From: the human T2T-CHM13v2.0 reference genome, Homo sapiens
Assembly (NCBI RefSeq): GCF_009914755.1
Contig: NC_060944.1
DNA length: 64,000 nucleotides
Reading direction: 5' to 3' (one strand)
Each line of letters opens with the position of its first letter. Position 1 is the stretch's first letter. Below the pieces are notes generated by a model. It was not told the origin of the DNA, ran no database searches, and saw only the letters and a program-made list of their open reading frames with translations. A program made the translations under genes and the position numbers. Below are positions 12,121 to 29,696 of this stretch, in pieces.

Positions 12121-12568
12121 GCAATGCTATCCAGTAGAAATACAATGTGAGCCACAAGTATAGTTTAAAATTTTCTGGTAGCTATGTTACACATAATGAA
12201 GAGAAATAGGTGGTATTAAATAGAAATATATTTAGGCTGGGCGCAGTGGCTCATGCCTGTAATCCCAGCTCTTTGGGAGGCTGATATGGGAGGATTGTTT
12301 GAGGCCAGGAGTTTGAGAACAGCCTGGTCAACATAGTGAGACCCCCCATCTCTAATTTAAAAATAAAAATAAAAATTGTATTTAACCCAGTATTTCCAAA
12401 AGGCTATTATTTTTATATGCTATATACTCAATGTAAAATCATTAAGGAGGTTTTTCTTGTACTAAGCCTTTGTAATTTTACACCTACTGCACATCTCAAT
12501 TTGGACTAGTCACAATTCAAGTGCTCAGTAGCAGTGTGCTGCTCATGGCTATTGTATTCAGCAGCATT
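12121..12568. mobile_element. MER33-like DNA transposon interrupted by an Alu monomer (12235-12375, +)
   Basis: tccagtagaaatacaatgtgagccac...ttcaagtgctcagtagc; FLAM-like insert. Confidence 0.7.
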
Positions 12569-12577
12569 GTTCTAGAG

Positions 12578-12901
12578 CAGGGATCAGGAAACTATGACCT
12601 GTAGGCCAAATCTGGTCCAGCACCTGTTTTTGTACAGCCCAGGAGTTAAGAGTGGTCTTTACATTTTTTAATGGTTGAAAAAAATTAGATGATTAGTAAT
12701 ATTTCATGATGTGTGAAAATCCTATGAAATTCAAATATCAGTGTTCATAAATAAAGTTTTATTGAACACACTTGCACTCCTTTGTCTATGACTGCTTTCT
12801 TGCTACGGCAGCATAGTTGAGTAATTGCAAGAGACTGTATAGCCCACAAGCCTAAAATATTTAATTACTGGCCCTTTACAGAAAATGTGGGTCAACCTCT
12901 G
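12578..12901. mobile_element. MER58B-like hAT DNA transposon
   Basis: caggga...aaactatgacctgtaggccaaatctgg ... ggccctttacagaaaa. Confidence 0.75.
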
Positions 12902-13231
12902 CAAGAGTAAAAGAGAAAGTTACTTATGCATATATCCAATCCCACACCTGTTTCTAGAAGCAATCACTATTAGGGTATTTTTTTGTTTTTCTAGATCTTT
13001 CTATATATGTCTGTATATCTGTGTGTACACACACCCACATATATCCTATGGCTAGTTTTATTTATGTATCTATAACATATTTACACTTTTTAATATAATG
13101 TTATTACATATATATTCTGTGATTTCCTTTCTTTAACTATATTTTGTATCAGTTTCCACATCAGTACCTATACATGTTTCTTGTCAGTACAAATACATGT
13201 TTTCACAGCAGTGCACATCTTCATAATTCTT

Positions 13232-13540
13232 TGTTTTTTTGTGAGATAGTGTCTCTTGTTCTGTTGCCCAGGTCTACTCACTCTGAGTGCATTGATGTGA
13301 TCTCAACTCAGCAGCCTCCACCTCCTGGGCTCAAGTGATCCTCCCACCTTAGCTTCCCAAGTAGCTGGGACTACGCGGGTGTGCACCACCATACCTGGCT
13401 AATACAGAAATTTTTGTTGTTGTAGAGACAGTGTCTCCCTATGTTGCCCAGGGTAGTCTCGAACTCCTGGACTCAAGTGATCCTCCCACCTCAGCCTCCC
13501 AAAGTGCTGGGATTGCAAGTGTGAGCCACTGTGCCCAGCT
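13232..13540 (-). mobile_element. AluJ-like
   Basis: Alu consensus, reverse. Confidence 0.88.
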
Positions 13541-13792
13541 GATCTTCAACATTCTTTCTAATGATTATTTATATTCCATAATATGGTTTTACTGTAAGTT
13601 ATTTAACCAGTTCCCCATTAAGGAGTTGAGGTTTGTTCTTTCTTTTTCTTTCTCTCTTCATTCTTTTGTTCTTTAGTTCTTTTCTTCCTTTCTATTATAA
13701 ACAGTGTTGCAGTGAACATACAGATCTTTGTGTACTGGTACAGAAATTTCTTCAGGACAGATTTCTAGAACTAAAATTGGATCAGAAGGTAA

Positions 13793-14096
13793 GTTTTTTT
13801 GTGTGTTTATTTAGAGACAGGGTCTTGCTCTGTTGCCCAGGTTGGAAGGCAGTGGCTCAATCATAGCTCACTGTAACCTTGGACCCTTGGGATCCAGGAA
13901 TCTTCCCCACTCAGCCTCCAGAGTAGCCAATACTACAGGTGCATGCCACCATGCTCTGCTAATATTTTTAGTTTTTGTAGAGATGGGGGTCTTGCTTTGT
14001 TGACCAGGCTGGTCTTGAACTCCTGATCTCAAGCCATCCTCCCACCTCAGCTTCCCAAAGTGCTGGAATTACAGGTGTGAGCCACTTTGTCCAGCC
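13793..14096 (-). mobile_element. AluJ-like
   Basis: Alu consensus, reverse. Confidence 0.88.
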
Positions 14097-14552
14097 AGTC
14101 AGAGGATAAATTTATTACACATTAGGGTAGAGGCTGCCAAAGTGCCTTCCAAAAAGACTATTAGTTTACACATTAGTTTACGTTAGCAGTGTTATGACTT
14201 TTCTCCCTACATCTCTCACTGACACTAGATAATAATTTAAAACGTTTTTAACCAGTCTAAATTCAGTTTTACTAAGTACTTTAATATTTCTTTAATACTA
14301 TTCTACTTACAAAAAATACTATTGCTCATTTAAACAACCAAAAAGAAAAGAAAATTAACCAAGAAATATATCAACTGTAAGGGGAAAGTCCCCTGAAAAT
14401 AACACCCAGAAATACCACTATTGTAGAAGTATTCCAGCTGAAAATTTTAGCCTACACTCTTAACATATTTTTACTTTCAACCTTGTTACTTTTCCTTGAG
14501 AGGATCATGGTTTAGTAAAAAGCAATTATGCTTTAGAATTAGATGGACTTCA

Positions 14553-14833
14553 GGCCGGGCGTGGTGGCTCATGGCTTTGATTCCAGCACTTGGGGAGGCC
14601 GAGGTGGGCAGATCACCTAAGGTCAGGAGTTCGAGACCAGCCTGGCCAACATGGTGAAAGCCCATCTCTACTAAAAATGCAAAAATTAACCGGGGTGTGG
14701 TGGCACTTGCCTGTAGTCCCAGCTACTTGGGAGGCTGAGGCAGGAGAATCACTTGAACCTGGGAGGCAGAGGTTGCACTCCAGCCTGGGCGACAGAGTGA
14801 GACTCTATCTCAAAAAAAAAAAAAAAAAAAAAA
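14553..14833 (+). mobile_element. AluS with a ~24-bp internal deletion, inserted in MIR-like sequence
   Basis: 18-bp TSD AGAATTAGATGGACTTCA at 14535 and 14834; ggttgca joins directly to ctccagcc. Confidence 0.92.
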
Positions 14834-17497
14834 AGAATTAGATGGACTTCAGTTGAATCACATTCTACCAAACTGTAAAATTTGGTGGCAAATTTTACTT
14901 AACCTTTCTGAATCTAAGTTTTCTCATCTGTAAAAATGTGAAGTTAGATTAAATAGGTTTAAGTAATAGATGAAGTCACCCATTGTAGCAATTTTAGAAA
15001 ATATTTGCTTTATTATTTATTTTATTCCTTTCTTATTTAGTATGTCCCAAAAGTATATATTTTTTTCTTTTCCTTTTTAGTTAACACCTCATAATTGGAC
15101 CTATTTATGAGATAAAGTGATATTTCAATACACGTGCAATGATCAAATACAATGTACAATGACCAAATCAGGATAATTAACATATTTGTCACTTCAAAAA
15201 TTATCATTTCTTTGTGTTGAGAACATTCAAAATCTTCTACCTTTTTCAATGTACCATAAATTATTGTTGATCGTATTCATCCTACATTGCTACAGAGCAC
15301 TAGGACTTATTCCTCCTATCTAGCTGTAATTTTGTATCTGTTAACCATTATCTTCCTACCCCTGCCTTTCTCAGCCTCTAATAACAACAATTCTACTCTC
15401 TACTTTTATGAGCACAACTTTTTAGCTCCTATATGAGTGAGGACCTGTGGTATTTATCTGTTTTTCCAACTTTTCATTTGGATTATTAGTTGTTTTGCTA
15501 TTGAGTTCCTTATATATTCTGGATATTAGTCCTGTTTCATATGTATAGTTTGCAAATGTTTTCTCCCATTCTACAGATTGTCTCCTCACTTTGTTGTTTC
15601 CTTTGCTGTGCAGAAGCTTTTTAGTTTGAGGTAGTACCATTTGCCCATTTCTGTTTTTTGTTGCCTGTGCTTACCCATAAAATCTTTGCCTAGACCAGTA
15701 TCCTGAGGATTTTCCCTATGTTTTCTTTTAGCAGTTTTATACTTTTGGGTCTTACATTTAAGTTTTTAATTCATTTTAGGTTGATTTTTGTATATGGTAA
15801 GAGATAAAAGTCCAGTTTTATTCCTCTGCATATGGATATCCAGTTTTCCCAGCACCATTTAGTGAAGAGGGTGTCCTCTCCTCAATTTATATTCTTGATG
15901 CCTTTGTTGAAAATCAGTTGACTGTAAACATATGGATTTATTTCTGGTTTCTCTTTTATGTCCCATTGGTCTATATGTCTGTTTTTATACCAATACCATG
16001 CTGTTTTGGTTACTATAGCTTTGTAATGTATTTTAAAGTTAGGTAGTGTAATGCCTCTAGCTTTGTACTTTTTGCTCAAAAGTGATTTGGCTACTTGTCT
16101 TTTGTGGTTTCACACATATTTTAGGATTAAAAAATTTCTGTGAAGAATATCATTGATATTTTGATGGAGATTGCGTTGAATCTGTAGATTGCTTGGGGTA
16201 GTATGATCATTTTAACAATATTAATTTTTCCAGTCTGTGGGCATGGGAGGTCTTTCCATGTTTTGTGTCCTCCTTAAATTCTTCCATTAGTATTTTGTAG
16301 TTTTCATCTTGGACATCTTTCACCTCCTTGATTAAATTTCTTCCCAAGTATTTTTTGGTAGCAATTGTAAATGGGATTGCTTTCTTGATTTTTTTTCAGA
16401 TAATTCATTATTGGTGTGTAGAAAATCTACTGATTTTTATATGTTGATTTGGTATCTTGCAACTTTACTGAATTCATTTACTAGTTCTAAGAGTTTTTCT
16501 GTGGAGTCTTTAGGTTTTTGTATCTATAAGGTCATGTTCTCTGCAAAGGGCCAATTTGACTTCCTCTTTTCCAATTTGGATGCCCTTTATATCTTTCTCT
16601 TGCCTAATTGCTTTGGCTAGGATGTTCAGTACTGCATTGAATAAGAGTGATGAAAGTGGGTATCCTTGTATTGTTCCAGTTCTTACAGGAAGAGTTTTCA
16701 GCTTTTCCATGTTCAGTCTGATGTTAGCTGTGGGTTTGTCATATATGATTTTTATTGTGTAGGTATGTTCCTTCTACACATAATTTGTTGAGAGTTTTCT
16801 TTTATCATGAAGGGATGTTAAAATTTACCAAATATTTTTTGTGCATCTATTGATCATAAGGTTTTGCCCTCCACTCTATTGGTGAGAGGTATCACATTTA
16901 TTGATTTGCATATGTTGAGCCATCCTTCCATCCCTGAGATAAATCCTACTTGACTGTGGTGTACTATCTTTTTGATGTGCTTTTGGATTTGGTTTGCTAG
17001 TATTTTGCTGAGGACTTTTACAACTATGTTCATTAGGGATATTGGCCTGTAGTTTTCTTTTTTGGTTGTATCCTTGTCTCACTTTGGTATCAGGGTAATG
17101 CTGGCATTATAGAATGAATTAGGAAGAATTCCCTGCTCTTCATTTTTTGGAATAGTTTCAGACAATTGGTTTTAGTTCTTCTTTGCACATTTGGTAGAAT
17201 TCAACAGTAAAGCCATCTGGCGGTGGGTTTGTCTTTGTTAGTCTGTTTAGGCTTTCTATTTCTTGGTAGGTTATATGTATACATGAATTTATCTGTTTCC
17301 TCTAGGTTTTACAGTTTTTGGAGTATAGTTGTTTATTAATAGTCTTTAATGATCTTTCTGTTTCTGTGGTATCAGTTGTAATGTATCTTTTTTTTTGCTT
17401 CTGATTTTCTTTATTTGGGTTGTGTCTCTTTTTTTCATGGTCTAGCTAATGGTTTATAGATTTTCTTTTGTTTCATTGATCTTTTTTGTCCTCCCTC

Positions 17498-17718
17498 CTT
17501 TTTTTTAGACAGGGTCTTGTTCTGTCATCTGGGCTGCAATGCAGTGGCACAATCATGGCTCAGTGTAGACTTGACCTCCTAGACTCAAGTGATCCTCCCA
17601 CCTTAGCCTCCTGAGTAGCTTGGGATCATAGGACCACAGATATGTGCCACTATGCCTGGTTAATTTATTCTTATTTTGAAATTTTGTAGAGATGAGTTCT
17701 TACTATGTTGCCCAGGCT
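17498..17718 (-). mobile_element. Partial AluJ within L1MA
   Basis: Alu consensus, reverse. Confidence 0.85.
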
Positions 17719-19521
17719 GCTGCTTGATCTTTATTACGTTTTTGTTTTTATTAATTTTGACTTTGGTTTTCCCTTGCTTTTCTACCTTCTTAAGGTACAT
17801 CATTAGGTTGTTTATTTGGAATATTTCTACTTTTTTGATGTAGATGTTTATTGCTATAAACTTTTCTCTTAGCACTGCTTTTGCTGTATCCCATAGGTTT
17901 TGGTATGTTGTGTTTCTGTTTTCATTTGTTTCAAGAAATTTTTTGATTTCCTTCTTAGTTTCTTCACAGACTCATTGGCCATTCAAGAGAATATTAATTT
18001 CTGTGTAAAGTTTCTAAAGTTCTCCTTGCTATTGATTTCTAGTTTTATTCCATTGTGGTCTGAGAAGATATTTGATATGATTTCAGTTTTTGAAAATTTG
18101 TTGAGACTTGTTTTTTTGTGGCCTAATATGTGGTCTATCCTGGAGGATGTTCCATGTGCTGATAGGAAGAATGTGTATTCTGTGGCTGGCAAAATGGCCA
18201 AATAGGAAAAGCTCCCGTCTGCAGCTCCCAGCAAGACCAATGCAGAAGGCAGGTGATTTCTGCATTTCCAATGGAGGTAGCTGCTCATCTCATTGGGACT
18301 GGTTAGACAGTGGGTGCAGCCCACAGAGGGCGAGCCGAAGCAGGGTGGGGTGTCACCTCACCTAGGAAGCACAAGGGGTCAGGGAACTCCCTCCCCTAGC
18401 CAAGGGAAGCCGTGAGGGACTGTGCTATGAGGGACAGTGCCATCCAGCCCAGATACTACACTTTTCCCCTGGTGTCTTCACAACCCGCAGACCAGAAGAT
18501 TCCCTCAGGTTCCTACACCACCAGGGCCCTGGGTTTCAAGCACAAAACTGGGCACCATTTGGGCAGACACCAAGCTAGCTGCAGGTTTTTTTTTTTTTTT
18601 TTCATTTACAGTGGCACCTGGAATGCTAGTGAGACAGAACCATTTACTCCCCTGGAAAGGGGGCTGAAGCTAGTGAGCCAAGTGATCTTGCTCAGTGGAT
18701 CCCACCCCCACAGAGCCCAGCAAGCTAAGATCCACTGGCTTGAAATTCTCGCTGCCAGCACAGCAGTCTGAAGTCGACCTGGGACACTGAAGCTTGGTGG
18801 GGGGAAGGGTGTCTGCCACTACTGAGGCTTGAGTAGGTGGTTTTCCCTTCACAGTGTAAACAAAGCCATCAGGAAGTTTGAACTGGGTGGAACCCACCAC
18901 AGCCCAGCAAAGCTGCTGTAGCCAGACTGCCTCTCTAGATTCCTCCTCTCTGGGCAGGGCATCTCTGAAAGAAAGGCAGCAGCCCCAGTCAGGGGCGTAT
19001 AGATAAAACCCCCCTCTCCCTGGGACAGAGCACCTGGGGGAAGGGGTGGCTATGTGTGCAGCTTCAGCAGACTTAAACGTTCCTGCCTGCTGGCTCTGAA
19101 GAGAGCAGCAGATCTCCCAGCACAGCACTCAAGCTCTGCTAAGGGACAGACTGCCTCCTTAAGTGGGTCCCTGATCCCCATGCCTCCTGACTGGAAGACA
19201 CCTCCCAGCAGGGGTCGACAGACACCTCATACAGGAGAGCTTCGGCTGGCATCTGGCGGGCACCCTTCTGGGACGAAGCTTCCAGAGGAAGGAGCTGTCA
19301 GCAATCTTTGCTGTTCTGCAGCCTCCGCTGGTGATACACAGGCAAACAGGGTCTGGAGTGGACCTCCAGCAAACTCCAGCAGACCTGCAGAAGAGGGGCC
19401 TGACTGTTAGAAGGAAAACTAACAAACAGAAAGCAGTAACATCAACAACAACAAAAAGGATGCCCACGAAAAAACCCCATCGGAAGGTCACCAGCATCAA
19501 AGATCAAAGGTAGATAAATCC

Positions 19522-20535
19522 ATGAAGATGAGGAAAAACCAGTGCAAAAATGCTGAAGATTCCAAAAACCAGAATGCTGCTTCTCCTCCAAAGGTTCACA
19601 ACTCCTTGCCAGCAAGGGAACAAAACTGGACAGAGAATAAGTTTGACAAATTGACAGAAGTAGGCATCAGAAGATGGGTAATAAACTCCTCTGAGCTAAA
19701 GGAGCATGTTCTAACCCAATGCAAGGAAGCTAAGAACCTTGATAAAAGGTTACAGGAACTGCTAACTATAATAGCCAGTTTAGAGAAGAACATAAATGAC
19801 CTGATGGAGCTGAAAAACACAGCAAGAGAACTTCATGAAGTATACGCAAGTATCAATAGCCAAATTGATCAAGTGGAAGAAAGGATATCAGAGATTGAAG
19901 ATCAACTTAATGAAATCAAGTGTGAAGACAAGATTAGAGAAAAAAGAATGAAGAGGAATGAACAAAGCCTCCAAGAAATATGGGACTATGTGAAAAGACC
20001 AAACCTACGTTGGATTGGTGTACCTGAAAGTGACAGGGAGAATGGAACCAAGTTGGAAAACACACTTCCGGATATTACCCAGGAGAACTTCCCTAACCTA
20101 GCAAGACAGGCCAACATTCAAATTCAGGAAATACAGAGAACACCACAAAGATACTCCTCAAGAAGAGCAACCCCAAGATACATAATCATCAGATTCACCA
20201 AGGTTGAAATGAAGGAAAAGATGGTAAGGGCAGCCAGAGAGAAAGGTCAGGTTACACACAAAGGGAAACCCATCAGGCTAACAGAAACCCTACAAGCCAG
20301 AAGAGAGTGAGGACCAGTATTCAACATTCTTAAAGAAAAGAATTTTCTACCCGCAATTTCATATCCAGCCAAACTAAGCTTTGTAAGCAAAGGAGGAATA
20401 AAATCCTTTACAGACAAGCAAATGCTGAGGGATTTTGTCACCACCAGACCTGCCTTACAAGAACTCCTGAAGGAAGCACTAAATGTGGAAAGGAAAAACT
20501 GGTACCAGCCACTGCAAAGGCATACCAAAATGTAA
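19522..20535 (+). pseudogene. L1 ORF1p, disrupted (in-frame ~15-nt deletion and premature TGA at 20308)
   Basis: ...QEIWDYVKRPNLR...ENFPNLARQANIQIQEIQRTP. Confidence 0.9.
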
Positions 20536-20598
20536 AGACCATCGACACTTTGAAGAAACTGCATCAATGAATGTGCAAAATAACCAGCTAGCATCATA

Positions 20599-23535
<2,937 letters not shown>

Positions 23536-24899
23536 ACAATGAGAACACTTGGACACAGGACGGGGAACATCACACACCAGGACCTGTCGTGGGGTGGGAG
23601 GGTGGGGGAGGGATAGCAATTAGGAGAAATACCTAATGTAAATGACGAGCTAATGGGTGCAGCAAACCAACATGGCACATGTATACATATGTAACAAACC
23701 TGCACGTTGTGCACATGTACCCTAGAACTTAAAGTATAATAATAAAAAATGAAATAAAATAAAAAGATGAAAAAGTTCTGGAGATGGATGGTGGTGATGG
23801 TTACCCAGCAATGTGAATGTAGTTAATGCCATAGAACTGTATACTTAAAATGATTAAATGTCAATTTTATGTTATGTATATTTTACCACAATAAAAAAAA
23901 ATTGGATGGGAACAAAAAAGAAAATGTGGCACATATACACCGTGGAATACTATGCAGCCATAAAAAAGAATGAGTTCATGTCCTTTGCAGGGACATGGAT
24001 GAAGCTGGAAACCATCATTCTCAACAAACTAACACAGGAACAGAAAACAAAACACTGCATATTCTCACTCATAAGTGGGAATTGAACAATGAGAACACAT
24101 GGACACAGGGAGGGGAACATCACACACCAGGGACTGTTGGAGGGTGGCAGTAAGAGAAGGGATATGATTCAGAGAAATATCTAATGTAGATGACGAGTTG
24201 ATGGGTGCAGAAAACTACCATGGCACATGTATACCTATGTAACAAAACTGCATGTTCTGCACATGTATCCCAGCACTTAAAGTATAATAAAAAAATTACA
24301 AAAAAAAAGAAGAATATATATTCTGCAGCTACTAGATGAAATTTTTGGTAAATGCCTGTTAGGTCCATTGACTCCATAGGGTAGTTTAAGTCCAGTGTTT
24401 CTTTGTTGATTTTCTGTCTAGATTATTTGTCCAGTGCTTAGAGTGGGACACTGAAGCCCCCTAACTTCATTGTTTTTGGGCCTCTCACTTTAACTCAATA
24501 ATATTTGCTTTATATATCTGGGTGCTCTGGTATTGGGTGCATACATATTAAAATTGTTATATCCTCTTGCTGAATTCATCTCTTTATCATTATATAATTA
24601 TCTTGTCTCTTTTTATGTTTGACTTAGAATCTATTTTGTCTTATATAAATAAAGCTATTCCTGCATGCTTTTGGCTTCTATTTGCATGGAATATCTTTTT
24701 TTATTTCTTTCACTTTGTCTTTCTGCATTTTTACAGGTCAAGTGAGTTACTTGTAGGCAGCATATAGTTGGGTCTTATTTTTTATTCTTTCAGTCAGTCT
24801 GTATCTTTTAATTGTGGGATTTAAATGGTTGTTATTGATAGATGAGGACTTACTCTCGTAATTTTGGATATCCTTTGTTCCTTTCTTCTTCTCTGATTG

Positions 24900-25233
24900 C
24901 TATTTATTATTATTACTGTTTTGGAGACAGGGCCTTGCTCTATTGCCCAGGCTGGAGTGCGGTGACACAGTCATGGCTCATTGCAGCCTCAACCTCCTGG
25001 GCTCAAACAATCCTCCTACCACAGCCTCCTGAGTAGCTAGGACCATAGACACATGCCACCACACCCAGCTAATTTGTGTGTGTGTGTGTGTGTGCGTGTG
25101 TATGTGTATGTGTGTGTATGTATGTGTGGAAATGAGGTCTCACTATGTTACCCAGGCTGATCTCCAACTCCTGGGCTCAAGTGATTCTCCTGCACTGGCC
25201 TCCCAAAGTGCTGAGTTTACAGGCATGAGCCAT
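24900..25233 (-). mobile_element. AluJ with (TG)n expanded in its central linker
   Basis: Alu arms flank a (TG)n run at 25075-25128. Confidence 0.88.
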
Positions 25234-25695
25234 CTTATTGTTTACCTTTGCAGTTTATCTTTGCAGTTTGGTGGCTTTCTGTAGTGATAACATTTGATTC
25301 CTTTCTCTTTCTCATTTGTGTATCTGTACTACCAGTGACTGTTATACTTTTGTGTGTTTTCATGACAGTAGATATCTTCCTTTCACTTCTAGATGTAAGA
25401 CCCACTTAATTATTTCTTGTAGGGCCAGTATAGTGATGATGAATTCCCTCAGTTTTTGCTTGTCTGGAAAATACTTTATTTTTCCTTCATTTATGAAGGA
25501 TATCTTTGCTGGGTGTAGTATTCTTGACTAGCAGGTTTTTTTCTTTCAGCACATTGAATAGATTATCTCATTCTCTCCTGGCCTGTGAGATTTCTGCTGA
25601 GAAATCTGCTGTTGGTCTGTTGGAGATTCCCTTATATGTGACTTGGTGCTTTTCTCTTACTGTTTTTAGAATTCTCTTTCTTTATCTTGACTTTC

Positions 25696-26318
<623 letters not shown>

Positions 26319-26469
26319 CTTAGACTTTTGACAGTTTTAATTATAATGTGCTTCAAAGAGGATTTTTGGGGGCTGACCCTATTTGGAGATATTTTAGTTT
26401 TTTGTATCTGGATGTCTATATCGCTTCTAATATTTGGGAAGTTTTTAGGTATTCTTTTATTAAATAGGT

Positions 26470-26690
26470 TTTCTTTTCTCTTTCCTTTTCTTTCCTCCCC
26501 CTCCCCATTCCTTTCCCCTTCCCCCTCCCCCTCCCCCTCTCTCCCCTCCCCTTCCCTCACCTCCCCTTCCCTTCCCCTCTCCTCCCCTTCCCCTACTCTT
26601 TCTTCCTTTCCTCTCCCCTTCCTTCCGCTCTTCTCCTCTCCCTTTCCCTTCTTTTCCTTTCCCTTTCTCTTTTCTTCTCTTTCTCCCTCT
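26470..26690. repeat. ~220-bp pure polypyrimidine tract (expanded tail of an AluJ split by MSTA)
   Basis: CT-only low complexity; Alu parts at 26690-26827 and 29254-29365; TSD TCTTT(T/C)ATTAAATAGG at 26453 and 29366. Confidence 0.88.
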
Positions 26691-26827
26691 CTGTTGCTGA
26701 AGTACAGTGTGTGTTTACAACTCACTAAAGCCTTGAGCTCCCAGGCTCAACCTTCGGAGTAGCTGGGACTACAGATGTAGGCCCCCATGCCTGGCTAATT
26801 TTTAAAATATTTTTAATGGAGTAGGGG

Positions 26828-29253
26828 TATATTAGTCCATTCTCACACTGGTATAAAAACATACCTGAGACCGGATAATTTATGAAGAAAAGAGGTTTAA
26901 TTGACTCACAGTTCCACAGGTTGTACAGACGGCATGATTGAGGAGGCCTCAGAAAACTTACAATCATGGCAGAAGGTGAAGGGGAGACAGGCACAGTCTT
27001 TACATGGCAGAGCAGGAGAGACAGAGAATGAAGGGGGAAGTGCTACACACTTTTAAATAAACCAGATCTATGAGAACTCACTCACTATCATGAGAACAGC
27101 AAGGGGGAAATTCATCCCCATGATCCAGTCACCTCCCACCAGGCCCCACCTCCAATGCTTGACTCCACTTCCAAAGCAATTCAACATGAGATTTGGGTGG
27201 GGACACGGAGCCAAACCCTATCATTCTGCCCCTGGCCCCTCCCAAACCTCTCATTTCCCCCTGGCTCCTCCCAAACCTCAAATGTCCTTCTCACATTTCA
27301 AAACACAATTGTGCCTTTCCAACGGTCCCCCAAAGTCTCAGCTCATTTTAGCATTAACTCAAAAGTCCAAGTCCAAAGTCTTACCTGAGACAAAGCAAGT
27401 CCCATCTGCCTATGAGCCTATAAAATAAAAAACAAATTAGTTAGTTCCAAGATACAGTGGGGGTACAGGTATTGGGTAAATTCTTCCATTCCAAAAGGGA
27501 GAAATTGGCCAAAACGAAGGGGTTACAGGCCCCATCCAAGTCTGAAACCCAGCAGAGTAGTCATTAAATCCTAAAGCTCCAAAATAATCTCCTTTGACTC
27601 CATGTCTCACATCTAGGGCACACTGATGCAAGGGTTAGGTTCCTAAGGCTTTAGGCAGCTCTGCCCCTATTGCTCTGCAGGGTACAGCCCCCACAGCTGC
27701 TTTCACAGGCTGGTGCTGAGTACATGTGGCTTTTCCATGCACATGGTGCAAGCTGTCAGTGGATCTGCCATTCTGGGCTTTGGAAGATGGTGAACCTCTT
27801 CTCACAGCTCCACTAGGGAGTGTCCCAGTGGGGACTCTGTGTGGAGGCTCCAACCCCACATTTCCCCTCTGCATTCCTCTAGTAGAGGTTCTCCTTGAGG
27901 GGTCCACCTCTGCAGCTGATTTCTGCCTGGACATCCAGGCATTTCCATACATCCTCTGAAATCTGGGCAGAGTCTCCTATACCTCAGCTCTTGTCTTCTG
28001 CTCAGCTGCAGGCCCAACACCACTTGGAAGCCACCAAGGCTTGGGGTGTGCACCCTCTGAAGGCATGGCCCGAGCTGTACTGTGGTCCCTTTTAGCCACG
28101 GCTGGAGCTACAGTGGCTGGGACACAGGGTGCCATGTCTTAAGGCTGTACAGAGCAGCAGGGCCCTGGGCCTGGCCCACAGAACTATTTTTCCCTTCTAG
28201 ACCTCCAGGCCTGTGATGGGAGGGGCTGCTGTGAAGGTCTTTGAAATGCCCTGGAGGCATTTTTCCCATTGCCTTGGCTCTTCTTTATTTAGGCAAATTT
28301 CTGCAGCCTTGAATTCCTCCCCAGAAAATGGTTTTTTCTTTTCTACTGCATGGTCAGACTGCAAATTTTCCAAACTTCTATGCTGTGCTTCCTTTTTAAA
28401 TATAACTTCTAGTTTCAGGTTATTTCTTTGTTTATGCAAATGAGTGCAGGCTTTTAGAAGCAGCCAGGCCACATCTTGAATGCTTTGTTGCTTAGAAATT
28501 TCTTCTGCCAGATACCCTAAATAATCTCTCTCAAGTTCAAAGTTCCACAGATCTCTAGAGCAGGGGCACAATGCCACCAGTCTGTTTGCTAAAGCATAGC
28601 AAGAGTGACCTTTACTCCAGTTCCCAATAAGTTCCTCATCTCCATCTGAGACCACCTCAGCCTGGACTTCACTGTCCATATCACTATCGGCCTATTGGTC
28701 ACAGCCATTCAACAAGTCTCTAGGAAGTTCCAGACCTTCCTCCATCTTCCTTTCTTCTTCTGATCCCACCAAACTGTTCCAATCTCTGCTCATAATCCAG
28801 TTCCAAAGTCGCTTCCACATTTTCAAGTATCTTTATAGCAATGCCCCTACTTCTCTGGTACCAACTTTCTGTATTAATTCATTCTCACACTGCTATAAAG
28901 ACATATCTGAGGCTGGGTAATTTATGGAGAAGAAAGGTTTAATTGACTCACAGTTCCACAGGCTGTAGAGGAGGCATGGCTGGGGAGGCCTCAGGAAACT
29001 TACAATCTTGTTGCAAGGTGAAGGGGAAGCAGGCATAATCTTCACATGGTGGAGCAGAAGAGAGAGAGAGTGAAGGGGGAAGTGCTACACACTTTTAAGC
29101 AACCAGATCTTGTGAGAACTCACTATCATAAGAACAGCAAGGGGGAAATCCATCCCCCATGATCCAATCACATCCCACCAGGCTCCATCTCCAACACTTG
29201 GGATCACAATTCAACATGAGATTTGGGTGTGGACACAGAGCCAAACCATATCA
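26828..29253 (-). mobile_element. Complete MaLR element (MSTA LTR-int-LTR)
   Basis: LTRs at 26828-27223 and 28870-29253 (tgtattagt...ccaaaccatatca) flank ~1.65 kb of MST-int; MaLR-like ORF at 28197-28679. Confidence 0.9.
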
Positions 29254-29461
29254 TGTGGTCTCCTTATGTCGCTCAGGCTTGTCTTGAACTCCTGGGCTCA
29301 TGCGATCCTCCTGCCTCAGCCTCCCAAATTGCTGAGATTACAGGTGTGAGCCACTGCACCTGGCCTCTTTCATTAAATAGGTTTTCTATGCTCTTTCCTG
29401 TCTCTTTCTGGATTATTTGTTTACTTAATGGTGTCCCATGTGTTACATAGGCTTTTTTCAT

Positions 29462-29696
29462 CCTTGAGAGCTTGTTTGGAGGTTCTAGTAGGGGAGCACA
29501 GCTACTTGTATACCCTTGGCTAAAGAATGGTCCTCCTCTGTTGGGGAACTTCATCCTCTTCAACCAAGCACGAAGGGGGGACACACATGGAGTTGTGAGG
29601 GAGGAAGAGGACACCTGCTTAGCCAGACAGATTAGCCAAATCAGCCCTGGCGATTAGTGGGGTGACAGATGTCACTGCCAGATCACCCTCACGTCC
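29462..29696 (-). pseudogene. RN7SKP140: 7SK snRNA retropseudogene, 3'-truncated near nt 243
   Basis: Reverse complement reads GGACGTGAGGGTGATCTGG...GACATCTGTCACCCC...TAGAACCTCCAAACAAGCTCTCAAGG, matching the 7SK 5' part; the specific symbol is recalled from the locus and should be verified. Confidence 0.9.
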
